The notes under the pieces: model-generated
Databases searched by the model: none
What the model was told of the DNA's origin: nothing
What the model saw: only the letters and a program-made list of their open reading frames with translations
Translations under genes and position numbers: made by a program
Shown: positions 12,450 through 25,900 of the stretch, piece after piece
Layout of the letters: each line of letters starts with the position of its first letter
Position numbering within the stretch: the stretch's first letter is position 1
Assembly (NCBI RefSeq): GCF_000143415.4
Contig: NW_003314380.1
Span: 289,227-353,226, forward strand
From: Selaginella moellendorffii
Lineage: Eukaryota > Plantae > Lycopodiophyta
Direction: 5' to 3'
Length of the DNA: 64,000 nucleotides

Positions 12450-13867
12450 TTATGTTTTGCCAAAGAAACCAAAGAGACCTTTGATAGCTTTGACAGCATT
12501 CTCATTGAATATAGGCTCGTCATACTTGTCAATCAACGCTTTAAATTCCGGTGATGCTCTCAAGCTCGCCAGATCTTCATCAGTTCTTATTTTCTGCAGG
12601 ACATTTCTCTCTTTCAGAAAACTACCTGATTTTTCGTTTCTCACCTTATAATCCTCAAAACCAGCCTCCAGAGCCTCCCCCAGAGCTGAAAGCCCTGCTT
12701 CAACCTTGCCACAAAGAAACAGACCACTATTAGAGATGAATGAGAGCAACGAAAACATTTATCTGATGGTCACCTGGTCAAGTTTTGCGTAGCAGCACGC
12801 TACGTTGTAGCTGGCGATTGCTTCCTCAAGCCCCTCGGGCTTGGATCCAAGTACAGACTCGAATTTTGACAGTGCTTCTTGATAGGCTGATTTTCTGGAT
12901 AGAAATATTCAAGTTAACAACGTCGCGATTCAAATCGGTCGTACGTACTTGTAGAGTTGAAGGCCATCCCGAAGGTCCTCTTCTCTTTGCTTCTTGAGCT
13001 GCATTTTTCGCTTGTAGTTTTGGATCTGGAATTTGTTGATAAGTTTCTAGATTCCGATGATGGGCCAAACTAAGAAATCTCACCTGGATTTCACGAAGCT
13101 GCTCACTGATGACATTCGCGTTTCTTTGCGCTGCGAGTTTCTCAGACGATACAGCCTGATCTTCTCTTTCTCCTTTCGAGATGAAAAAATCTCGGTAAGA
13201 TACAGATGAGAAAAAACAAGTCATGACCGACCGTATTTTTTTTGCATCTTCATGAGAAGAGGTCCAATTCTTTGACGAACAGTGTACATTGTGCGTCCAT
13301 ACTCTGCCGCTGGCCAGATCTCATTCCCAAAGACAGCACTAGCATTACAAAGAAAAAGATGGTAAAAACAGAACCAAAACGATGGCATTACCTTGTCGCA
13401 AGAACTTTGTCCCCTGGCTGGAACATCTTTGTTTTCGCTGCACTCCCGCCAGGAGCAAGAGCATCGATGTATGTTCCACCATCGGTCCCTTTGTAGAATT
13501 TGATCCCATACGGCTTCTCAATCTCTACCTCATAGAATTCGTCGGGTTTGCTACCACTACTGCTACTTGTACTAGCGCTAGAATCCTTGGATTCCCCGGT
13601 GGTGACCGTCCCAATGCTAGATGAATCGGCACTACTGGCAGCTGCCAAGATCGATCCCGTGTTGCCGATTCTCTGCGGGAAGGTGAGCTTCCTCTCGAAA
13701 TTCCTGGAGATGGCTATGGTGCTGCCACCGCCGTGGCTGAAGAGGCAAATGCCACAAATGCTGCTGCTGCTGCTGCTGCTGCCACTGGCGATCTTACCAG
13801 GAATCCCAGTGGCGCCACCGTGATTGAGGATGGCGCCGCCGCTCCACAGCGCTGCCCCGGCCGCCAT
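12450..13867 (-). CDS. MET1: Chloroplast thylakoid PDZ/K-box/TPR protein MET1 (ZKT), multi-exon
   Basis: Ser/Ala-rich transit-like N-terminus; YEVEIEKPYGIKFYKGTDGGTYIDALAPGG; EIWPAAEYGRTMYTVRQRIGPLLMKMQK; TPR SYNVACCYAKL; C-terminus KIRTDEDL...YDEPIFNENAVKAIKGLFGFFGKT*. Confidence 0.92.
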
Positions 13868-14095
13868 CGCCGCTCGGAGGATGAAGAAGCGGGAGGAAAT
13901 AAAAATAAAAGAGCGCCATAGCTTCGTCCACGTGGGAAGCAATGTGCGCCACTGAAATTCCTTGGACTTATTCTAGAATATACCTTACTGCGGCATATTC
14001 GATTTGGCATATTCGTTGTTTTGAATTTAAATTTTCCTATCGCGATTATCTGTTGTTACAAAACCCAGAAACAAAAAGAAAAGAATGGCAGCGCT

Positions 14096-17000
14096 CTACG
14101 TCGATGTGTTGGGGCGGTTGCCGGCAAGGATCAAAGAGATTTCCAGGCCCCGACTGAAAGCTTGGTTGAAGAGGAGCCGGCTCTGGAAGGTAGACACGAA
14201 CGGGAACCACGAGAGAATGGCGACAGGGACGAAGATCACGGTTCCCATCCCAGCGTCGTAGAGACGAGCCAAAGAACGCATCGATTTCCACAGGCCCAGG
14301 AACTTGATGACCGGTCTCCAGGCAATAGCAATCTGGAAGAACTCACACAGGTAAGATGGTGGAAAGAACTAAGACTTTCTTTACCGAGAGGATTCCCCAT
14401 CCGGTTGGAAGGAGGGCCAAGGCGGAAGCAAAGATGTCTCCCACTGTAAGCGTCGACGCGACGATAGCGGCGATTAAGCCGCCGAGGAGAAGGATGAAAA
14501 TCACGCCTTGCATTAGCCGGAGAAACAACTGGATGTTTGTTGCTGTCTTCTGGCTCAAGCTGAAAATCTGGAGAAGCAATGAATGGAAGAGTTCATCGTC
14601 AATACACTGTCAAGAAGCTGGAAGAACCTCACCTTGAACAAGAGTATGAATGCCGCAAACACCACCCAAGAGACGCCATAAGCCTGGAACAAGAGAAACA
14701 GACGGTAATATGATACAAAAAGATAGTGTAAGCTTACCGTCAAGGACGTGCTAGTTCCGGTAACATGGAGCTTATAGACGACACCGTACTGGAAAATGAA
14801 GAAACGCAAGCTGAGGATTGTTTCCAAGATCCTGGATCTGAACGTGCGAATGTGCTCCTGGTATGGTACACACGAATGGTTAGATTTGCGGGAAAGCGGC
14901 TTAAACAGTTTCTTACTTGCTCTTCATCCCACCATGCTTCCCAGCTCTCTTCTCCTTTCACTCCGACTCCACCTTTATACAAAAGCCAGTTCGTCCAGTC
15001 ATCGAAGTCGTCCACAGTCCTGAAGTTAAGACGAAGACAGTGGAATAATCAACCATAGAAAAATTACAGTTGTGCTTACTTTTGCCATTCGAAGCCGGAC
15101 GGATTGAACAAGTAGGGAGCATACATCCACGAAATGGCCAGAAACCAACTGCTAAACGACAAGAGAAAGTAGCTGGTTCCACTTGAAACACCATAAGCCA
15201 TGTATACGATCAAAAGCATAACGACTTCCAGGCTGGTCAAAGCAAGAATGAGTGCGTTTTCCACGATAAAATAATCAACGTACCCTTTTACAAAATGACT
15301 GCGAGAATAAAGCCGATAGTTTTCAGCGAATGGAATGTGCCGAACCACAAAACCTCTTCCGGTAGCCCGATACTTAACAAAAACAAAAGGACTTTTAGAG
15401 ACGAGACCACATAAACGTCAACGGAAACATTAACCTTGGCACCGCCATGCAGAATTGTTCTACCAAAATAATGACTTTTCGTTCCGAGAGAAAACGTAAA
15501 GAACACGGAGCACAGTTGCAATTGCATTGTGATAAAACTGATGATTGCCTGCGATCACGTAGAGATGAGCATCGAAGCTGTTTTAAAGAGCATTACCTTA
15601 AGCACCCCCTGTTCTAATACAAGCCCCATAATCATAGGTACTGCCGTAAGAAAACCGATTTGGAAAAGAAATTGAGCATTCAGAGCACTCTCAAGGGCCG
15701 TGTTATCCAAAACGTCCGCTGTATTCCTCAAGCTCGCTTCGACACCAGATAAAGACTGCAAGAACTCCGAAAAGTTACAATTTGCACGAAACTTTAAATG
15801 TTTTTGACGCACCAGATATATTTTTCCATAGAGGAAGGCGTAAACTGTCCATACAGTAAACTGAAAGACAAAGATCAAATAGTGCTCAAAAAACCAAGTA
15901 CGACCTTACCATTGTGCAAATGTAGTAACCCACAGTCGTATAAAAGAACGACAACATTCTGAAAAAATCAAAAAGCTGACCCAAACGGTATACATCCCTG
16001 CTAAGCATTTGCTCCCCGTTCCCGCTGGAGACTTTAGCCTCAAAGAGTGCAATCTGGTTGAGACCAACATCCCTTCCTTTCCCCACCTAAGATGTTTCAT
16101 GGAATCAGAGTATGTTACCAATAAATGTGAACCAAACCTGGATGTACTCGTGATGTGTAATATTACCACGCCGCAGAGTTGAGTTGAAGCCTGAAAAGTT
16201 ACAAGAGAATGGGACCGGAAAAAAAAAGTTGATAACAAACCTGCAAATATATCCTCACTAATGTTTATGACCCGAGAGGCTTTACTAATGCCCCCCCTTG
16301 TTATATGGAAGATTCTATCGAAAACATCTGGATGACCGTAATGCATTCTCACCCTGGATAAAAACTGTTAACACTACAAGTTCTACCAAGAGTAGACTTA
16401 CTTCAGAGGCTTTGCAAGAACTCTTTGCCCCAACGTAACAAAACTAGTTTCCTGGCTTGACATAAACCAAGCCAAAGAAGATACACTGCAAGAACACATA
16501 CTGGTTAGTAAAATATCCTTCAAAAACCAGTAAACAAACCTTCCAGTAAAAACATGTTCACGAACACCCAAGATCGACGGGGGACGCAAACCGTGGTTCG
16601 AGTCAAACTCTTGAAGCAGGTTTCGCATTTTAAGGGCCTCTTCGAAATAGTTGTCCTGCAAAGTAAAATGGTAAGTCTGTGAGAAAATGAATGCAAAGTA
16701 GTACCTGGTTCATATCTATGGTTTGTATTGCATCTCCACGGGTAAAAATAATCGCATGATTTTGATTTTCAGGCTTGCCTTCTCCAAGTTTTGGATTTCC
16801 CGGTAATTTGATAGTGTAGATATCCTGTAGTACCTGATTAGATTAAAGTTGAACGCATAGCGAGCGTACCTGGTCCTTGCCACTTGCATCCGTTTTGATA
16901 AGTTTAGAATAGTATTCTTTATCGATTTTCCCTTCTCTTAAAGTTTCTACAACGTCAATGTATGCAATCCTCAAGGCTTCGTTTCTGTCAAAAACAAAAG

Positions 17001-20000
17001 AAAAAAACGATGAATATTTTCACTATACCATTACCCAGCCTACTTCTGCATCAAGTAATTGATGTCTGTAGCTCGTTGATCTCGCTTGTGCTTTTGCTCG
17101 CCATAAATTTGACAAGTAACAACATAAGTAAATTTCAAGTCGGATTGAGCTCGAGCTCCACGAGATAGCAAGTAATCTTGGTGATTACGAGATAGTCCAT
17201 CCTCCACATCTGTACGATACAGCAAACCATTCAGTTTCGTGGCGAAGGCGATTTTTTACATACCTCCTATGTCAGATTGTTCGAGGAAGCTTTGAAGTAT
17301 CAATGCTCTACGGTAGTACATCATTCCTCTAACTGCACAAGGAGATTATAATCAACAGGAATATAAATATCTGTACCTGTTCGAGCAAGAGTCTGCCCTC
17401 GGTAAGATGCCCAGAGACGGAGCTCAATGAGATCAAGAGATTTGTTGTTTAATTGCCGCTCGAGCTCGGCCTCAGTGATTTTTATCCGTTCCAGGAAATT
17501 ACGCCACTCATCTGCAGAAAACTAATTAGACGATGGAAAGGAGAAAGCTTCCAAATGAACCTGGAAAGATCTTTTGCAGATAGAAAAGAATGCTGATACC
17601 GTCTTCATTGTCTTTCCGAAGTTGATCTTTGCTATACATCACGTCCTCACTGTAGTAAGGTGTGAAAACGCTGAAAGTTTTTGGCCATCGTCAGTGCACT
17701 TGAGCAAGGATCTTGATCTTGAGTGATGTACCTGAACGAGAGCATTTTCTGAACTGGTAACGGTGCTGGCATATTCATAAACAAGGAGTTGGTGAAAAAC
17801 TGAAGACGACGACGAGCCTCCAAATTGCGAGGAATGTTCACAGCAGACTCCTTCAGGGAGAGTAAGCTGTGAAGCCTCTTTACTTGATCTCGCTGAGACT
17901 TCAGGTCAGAAACAAAAAAAAATCTACACGCGATCACAATGAACCTCTTCGCCCTGACGAGGCCAGGATATTCTTCCAAAGAGCCTGTCTTCACGTAATG
18001 CTTGTACCAATGCTCCCCATCCCTCATATTTCTCCCTAATTTGAAAAGCGAATGAAAACTATGAAGAGAATGGAGCAACGAACCTTAGCTCAACAGATAA
18101 AAATTCACGCATCACAGTTTCGTACAAATCTTGCAACGCTTTTACAGCGGATTTGAGATTCTCTGGACTTTGATCTCGAATCTGAGAATGATAAATTTTG
18201 TCAAATTTAACAAACGCTTGTATGCATACCAGAACGGCCGTAAGCGTTGTCACTTTACCCAGTATATCATGCAACCTTTGAAGATTAAAATGTGCAACAA
18301 AGTGTCCCTCGTTGATGATACTATCAATATCTTGAAATATAGTCCTTATCCTGCAAAATGGTTTCAGCAGATAAACAAAATAAATGTCATAATTACCAAG
18401 TCTTAGCCTCATCATGCAGCAATCTTTTTAAAAGCCATTGTACGCTGTGATAGATCTCTTCAATGGCAAAATACAAGTACTCTTCTCTTCTTATCCTCTC
18501 GAGGAGCTCGTCCTGGTTGCCTTTGTGATCCTCGGCCATACCGATAGCAATATAGACCTGTTCATAGAAATCAACATTTGCCAATCATTTGAAGAAACCA
18601 CCAACCTTACTAGCGAGGAGAAAAAGCGGCCACTGTACTAGAGGCAGAATGCTGTTATTTCCCGGCATCAAAAGCAAGTCTTTCTCCCTGCAGCAATAAA
18701 TCACTAAATGGCGTCAAAAAGTTGACACATGCCTGTCACTAATATAGTCCTCTTCCCGAAGGCTGAGTATAAACTCATTCCAAAACGGAGCAAACTTTGC
18801 TGCATTGACTTTATTTCCAAGATCCTAAAAAAGATGCAAACTATGAGTAGTGAATAATAGCTGTCGGGCTTACATCATTTGTCAAGTTCATGCTCGGGGG
18901 AATAGTTGGAACTCTGCGAGATACGAACAAAATTACGTACGAAGTTAATAAAAATAAAGAAAACTAAAAGTTCTCACGTTTCTTTCAGTTTTGAGGAAAC
19001 TAGTGTTTCTACAAAAGCTCGTGGAAAACTTTCAAAGCGTCTACGCAACATAGTAATGGAACGAATCTATTACAAAAATAGTTAGTAAGCAAAAGCTGCC
19101 ACGTAAAGGAAAATTAATTAACTTACTTCTCCAAGACGGTCTTTTGCACCACTAAGGCCACCTACGAGCGCAGACAACACCGTATACCATATTTGTGTAT
19201 CCAAAAAGTAAATCTACAGACATCCGTTAGAGAAAAAATGTCTCAACACAGTTTAAAGTTCTTAGTTACCAGTATTACAGGAGCCCAAAGTGAAACGAGG
19301 GTCAGAGCATTGTGATTTCCTGTCATAAAACAGCGGTTAGTGACTGTATCAACTGGAGAAAACATACCCTTTGAAACGAAATCGTGCCAGTCGTAAGTGA
19401 TGGTTCTGACATCAACTATAGCTCGTGATGGTCTTACTAGCGGACGTATCTATGATATACGAAGTTAAAGGAGCCACAGAATAGAGAATTTTACCAGTAG
19501 GAAATACGCGAAGGAAAACTTTGCTCCGAGAACAACAATCCAAAAGACGAAGTATCTGTGAAATGAATAAGCACAACAAAAGTCATAACAAGCTTTGTAC
19601 CTAAGGAAGTCAGCGGCTGATTCATATAGCCCACGGCCGACGTAGTAACGCTCCTACGGCACGAAGTAAGGATTCCATAGAGGAAATCAAGAAGACAAAC
19701 CTGATGGACCCACTTAATGAAATGAACAAATCCTCCTTCTCCAAGGCCAGAAACGGCACGATAGCAGAAAGGCAAGCGCATGATGACACTGATAAAAAAG
19801 TGAAAGGCCGCGTAAACACCAATTATGAGAAGGTAGATTTTAAAATATGAGGAGTCTGATACACCCTGGCTCGTTTCGTTGAGAACTTGGCTGGAAAAGC
19901 AACTCGTGTTAGTTGTTAGAGGTTTATTGGTTTAGAGATAAGAATCAACTTTTAACGAAGCTTACACGTAAAGTATCGTAAGAAGAGCAGCTGACGCGCC

Positions 20001-22512
20001 GAAGAACAAGAATCGAAAGAGTATTCTTAGAAGAACCGATCTGCTGGTGCTTGAGTATGCTCCGTACAACAATATAACATCAAATACACCTTCACAAACC
20101 CGAGAATTTAGCAAGGAGAAACACATCATGAACGTACATTGTGCAAATTTCATCACCACATATGTGGGGCCAAGGCTGAGTAGCCTCTTTATCGTGACGA
20201 GATGAAGATTTTCGTGAAATGCGAAGATTGTCAAGGCCTATTAAATAAAAATATCAAAAGAACGGACCAAACCGGGCATTATTCAAACCTGAAGCATTAG
20301 AACCAGAAATATCCATAGACGGTGAAAGCTGTGATACATATGTATAAATGTCCGATGTTCCACAAACAGCACTTTCCCTCCGTATCTACCTTTTCGATAT
20401 TGTAGATCGGGATTAGTCTAATCAATAACAATTAGAAAATAGTAAACCCCAGAAAACGTAAAACTCACATTCCTTTTCTTCGGTTTCGGTCGCAAGAAGA
20501 ATGACCCGTTTCTTTTCCATGGCCAATGAAGCTCAAAACACTTATGCGACCTACACAGGGAAAGCAAGGAAATGAAAAAATTGAAGTCAGTGGTAGAAAA
20601 TGATACAGACCAGAAGTACTCATTAAAGTCGTCATAGTTTCTACTTGCAGCATGAGAAGCTTTGCCATCGTTCGTGTTCGCTGCTTCCTGAGAGCATTCT
20701 CAGAAAAACGTAAGACAACAAGAAAATGACGCAATACCGCCGAAAGCAATTCATAAATTGGTGAAACGACGCTGTGAAGGAACCCGTATTCCGAATCGTT
20801 TGTCAACATTTTTGATCTTTGTGCAAGTTGACCATCCAATATCGTGTAAAGCTCTTCAGTCATCTGAATGTAATCGCAGATAAAAATGAAGTAAAACAGA
20901 AAAACACACCGACCATGTGAAAAATGTAGCAAAGGCATTCGGGTAAAAACCTCAAGTTGGCCGCTTCGCCCCAAATAAGAAAATACAAGGATACCAAGAG
21001 CACCTTTCTTTGCCTATTGTGAGCTCTGTAGAAAATACAAATACAAAGGTAAGCAGCATGGCCTTTTATAAAACGGATAACTTGCACACCTCGCAGTGAC
21101 TGGCCTTGCTCTAACAAAAGAGCACCATCTGTTGTAATTTGCCAGGGTTCTATCAAAAACACGGGTGACCGCCTCTTCATCTAATTGCTGCGTAAAAATA
21201 AATAGCTCAGCGCATCATAAATGAGCGCGAATTCATCTTACTGTATCCTTGTCGTGTAAGACCTCTAATTTTGATTGACTGTTGGCAAGCAAAAGAAGGA
21301 GATGCTCCCGTTGGTTGATTACATTGTCCGTCTATAAACACCAGAGGGAGGAACTCACGAGGAGTCACAACAGCACTAGAGTACCTGAAATCCGAAGATG
21401 AAGTGCAGCAAATCAAAAATATCGATAGGCCTGTGCTTTGGTTTGGAGTAATTTTGAGGTAGCTGAGGAAGGTCGCTAGTGTATTCCACCGCCGAAATCG
21501 CTCCCCTTACCTGTATTCCACGAGAACATTTGAAAACAAAATAAGAAAAGCAAAAGTATGTTCCACCTCTGGAAGTAATATGATTGCGTCTGCTACTCCA
21601 GGAGCCTCCAAAGGAAGAATGTTGTAAGGCTTAAATTCTTCCACTTTTGCAGCATCCGACTCCATCATTCTTTTCATCTGATATAGCGAAGTACGATTCA
21701 GAATGTGGCGTCATTTAAACAGACTTTACCTCCTCCGAGATATTGGCTGCTGCTTCTGGCGATGCCTGTGTGAGAGCCTCGAGCACCTCTTTCAAAACTC
21801 TTAAAGTTTCGAAGACCCTTTTAGATCTTTCGGTCTGGATCTTCAATCTAAGAAATTCAATGCGACTGTTTAAACCCAGACGCTACATAAAAGCACCAAC
21901 TTACTCTCCCGGTTGAGCATCTATGTCCCCAGCTGCTCTCCATTGTCTTCCCTGCTCTTTTAGCTCATCAACGTTGTGCTTCTGCCGGTAGTACTTGTAG
22001 TATTCCCAAAGCAAAGAGATATCCTGACTGCGATCGATCCTTTCTCCCTCTCTTCTCGACAGTTTTTGCTGTAACTTAAACCTCTCAAAAAACCCACAAA
22101 CACCAGAGAAGCAGCGTACCTTGATAACCGACTTTAGCCCCGTCTTGAACTGGAGGACTCCTCTCCCTTCGCTCTTGGGGTCCAGGTTCTGAGCTAGAGT
22201 GTAAGCATACTCACACACTGAGAAGAATTCGACCAGCCAGAAGCGCCTCATCAGCTCAGAAAGTATAGTCATGAAAATCACCACGAACTCACAGATTCTA
22301 GAGACGCTGGGATTGTCAGCTTGGATCTCGTCGGCAGCCTGTAATATTGTCTCGATGTTGGTCTCCCGCAGCAGCGATGGCGGCACCGCATCGCTGGTGG
22401 CACCGATGCCCGATCCCTCGCTCGCTAGACCTGATGTTCCTCGCAGCTGCTCGCGCCGGAGCGCTGCATCCACAAGCCTCTCCCAGTTGGAGAGCGCCTT
22501 CTGCCACGCCAT
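14096..22512 (-). CDS. Callose synthase (1,3-beta-glucan synthase, GT48), GSL8/GSL10 (CalS10/CalS9) clade, many exons
   Basis: N-terminus [17 protein letters not shown] and [20 protein letters not shown]; PYNILP; [21 protein letters not shown]; GKPENQNH; [10 protein letters not shown]; SEDIFAG; [10 protein letters not shown]; ends [24 protein letters not shown]. Confidence 0.97.
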
Positions 22513-22952
22513 TTCTCCCGACCGCCTGCCCCGATCTAGGAAAACCTAAAACATGACAAAATGCTACTCGTCTGGGCGAGCTTCTCAGCAGCTCGAGCCA
22601 TTTGAAAAGATCACTGTGGAAGGGAAATCCCTGCCGTTGATTTTTGCGACCTGTACATTCCGGATAGGAAAGCGCCGGCGCGCATTGTACGCAACGCGAG
22701 ATCCCAATCTCCAGCCGTCCATTGCCAGGAAGCCGTTTTAAGGAGCTCGTGGCCGTCGGATCGAGAGGTCCTCCCCTACGCGGACTCTTGACACTGACAG
22801 AAGCATCCATCCAGGTACGTTTGATGCGTTTCTCTTTTTTGCCACGCTCCCGAATTTTCCTTTTAACCATTCTTTCCACTAGTTAAGCCCGCGAATATTC
22901 CGCCACATGGAGGGAGTGTCTATTGGAAGTAAAGCTCTCTTTGAGTAGCGAG

Positions 22953-22960
22953 GCGGGAAA
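22953..22960 (-). promoter_or_regulatory. Candidate E2F site (TTTCCCGC) in the CalS-CalS divergent intergenic region
   Basis: Exact GCGGGAAA on the + strand, 33 bp before the ATG of the second CalS. A single short motif. Confidence 0.3.
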
Positions 22961-22992
22961 GCGAGCGCCCTAAGGGTATCCTATTTATTTCG

Positions 22993-25900
22993 ATGATTCC
23001 TCGCCGAGTGATCGTCGAGGAGCCGGAGCGATGGCCGCGAGCTCGGCGACGGATCACGCTAGCCAATTGCTCGAGGTATTTCTTCGATCGATTCAGCGGC
23101 GGGCTTAATCGTTTCGTTTTCAAGGTGGAAAACAGCGTCAAGGAGGAGCTCAAGAAAGTCAGAAAATCGATAGATGACACAAAAGATGAGGACATACTCG
23201 ATTACCTGAGAGACGTTTGTAAATTCCAGGTCAGGATTTTCTTTTTGCCCAGTGACGATGGATGACAGCTCCTGTTCCAGGAAGACAATGTGAGGAATCA
23301 GCGCGAGCACATTGTCCAGTTGATTGCCAACACGTGTTCCGTTCACAAAAAAGATATCAGTTCCGCCATTCAGCACCTTGCGGCTAAGACTTTAGAGAAT
23401 TACAAGAGTTGGTATACGCACTCTAAATCTTGGAGTGATGATGAGGACTCTGAACCTGATCAGCACAGGTATCTAAAACTTTTTTTCTATGGTCGCTTCA
23501 CCACCTTCATTACAGTTTCAAAGGCGACGATCATCTAATGTCCTTGTGCTTGTACTTGCTGATATGGGGAGAAGCGGCGAACTTAAGATTTATGCCCGAA
23601 TGCCTTTGTTTTATCTTCCACAAGGTTCTTCACCAGAGAAGTAGATCACTTGTGTTTCATTACTATTTCTTTTGCAGATGAAAACAAGTATAATTCGGCA
23701 TAATGCCAAAGCCGAAAATGGGTTTCTCGAGAGCGTGATTACGCCCGTCTATTTGTTTTTGAAGAAGGATCTTCCAAATCCAAAGGAAAAAGAACGCAAA
23801 CGAAGTCCCATTATTTCTCATAGAAGGGTTGCAAACTACGATGATCTGAACGAGCTATTCTGGTTGGTAATTTTCATAATTCTTTGTACCAAAGCCGTTT
23901 GTTGTTTCCAGGACCTCTCAGTGCTTGAAAGACTTCAAATGGGATCATAACAATCTAAAATTGAAAGTCCCCAGATTCGAGAAATGGCAGCACAAGCAAA
24001 AAGTCGAAGAGAAACAGCGACACAAGAAAAAAGTCGAAGAGAAATGGCCACACAAGAAAAAAGTCAATTTTATCGAGCATCGCACTTTTCTTCATATTTT
24101 CCATAGCTTTCACAGGCTTTGGATTTTCTTCACAATCATGCTGCAGGTTGGTGCCACTTTGGTGTATTGAACTTGTAATCTGGTAATGTCCACAGGCCCT
24201 GCTTATAATTGCGTTCACTCAAAGCCTTAAGCTCAAATACCTTTTACTTTTTGGTCCTACTCACGCCTTCTTGATGTTTTTCCAGTGTAAGCCAGAAGCC
24301 TTTGGCTTTTATTAAGATCTTACACTTCGTGTGCAGCCACTCTCGACATCGTCTTTACCTATGGTGCTTATGTAAAGCACAATGTGAGGATTGCTCTCCA
24401 GTTTCTTTTCTACGGTGTTGCAACAGGGATCCAAACCTTTCTTTCTATGTAAGGAATGTTTCTGATACGTTTTCTTACCCCTCGTTTCCAGCAAGAGCTT
24501 TCAAGAAAATGAACCTGAAACTTCTGTCGACTATTTTAAGATTTACGAGTATGTGGCGTCATTTTATCTCGTAGCGCATTTGGCTCATGCAATCGGCCAC
24601 TCCCTCTTGAGCTTTTTTCCCACTGATAAAGGGAAATCTGTTACATGGCTCAAATGGATATTCAAGGTTTGTAATTTGCTTTTGGTAAGCTCTAAGGAAG
24701 TGTATAACAGGAAAGGTACTTTATCGGGAGTGGCATGCAAGTAAGACCATTGGATTTCCTTAAGTATGTATAATGTCTATTCTAGTCCTCCTTTCTATGT
24801 CAATTCGTGGTGTCAGGTACGCGTCCTTTTGGATAGTTCTGCTCGCTGCCAAGTTTTTTGTTAGCTATAAGACACAAGTGAGAAGTTTCAAGGTTTTTTT
24901 TATTTACGCCACAATTACTTATCGAATTGCCTTCAGATAGTACCTTTGGTTAAGCCAACGCGCTCTATTATCATGATGAGAGATGCGAATTATGTTTGGC
25001 ACGACTTTATTTCCAAGAGTATGAGCATGTACGTCCTGTTCCAAGCTTAATTTTCTCTTGATTCTTCGACAGACCATTACAACATTCTCACCGTTGCCGC
25101 CTTGTGGACACCAGTAGTTCTGGAAAGTATATGATTTCATACTTTGATGAAGGTACTAAAATTGGCATCGCAGATTTATTTCCTTGACACGCAGATTTGG
25201 TATGTCGTATTTTCCGCTATTCTTGGCTGCCTAACTGGTGGTATCGCCCACCTTGGAGAGGTAATGCCAGGTTTTAAATGGTACCAGCTAACTATGAAAG
25301 TGATTTTCTCTTCAGATGAGGTCAATGTATATGTTTGCCAAGCAGTTTCGCGAGATGCCAAAACATTTTGAAAAACGATTAGTTCAGGGTTCTGGAGAAC
25401 CTGTTTTTTACAAGTGCTGGAATGAGCTGATCAGTAAATTGCGAGAGGAAGACTACTTAAGTGACAAGTAAAGTTCTCACAATTCTATCACTTCTTTTTT
25501 TCATGGCCTGTTTGTGTTCCAGTGAGAAAGAGCTGTTCGTAATGCCGCCACCAAAAAACTTTACAATTGGAAACGATGCGGTTAACGTTAACAGGTGGCC
25601 TCTTTTTATTGTAGTCAATGAGGTAACCTCTTTAGGAATCAGTAAACTCGTTTTTGATATGATCTTCTTGTGGAATAAGGTGCAACTTGCTGTGTCATTG
25701 TCTGCTAGAAAAGACCATAACGAGCTTTTAAGAAGGCTCAGCAAAGAAGGCTATCTCCGAGATGCTATCGAAGAAATATTCTTCACCGTTGGAGAAATCC
25801 TTGACCGGCTTGGCGTGTGGTAATGTTAGCTCCATATTGGAACTTGGCCCTCAATTGCCTATATAGGACGAACGAGTTGAAAAAAAATGACTTCTATAAC

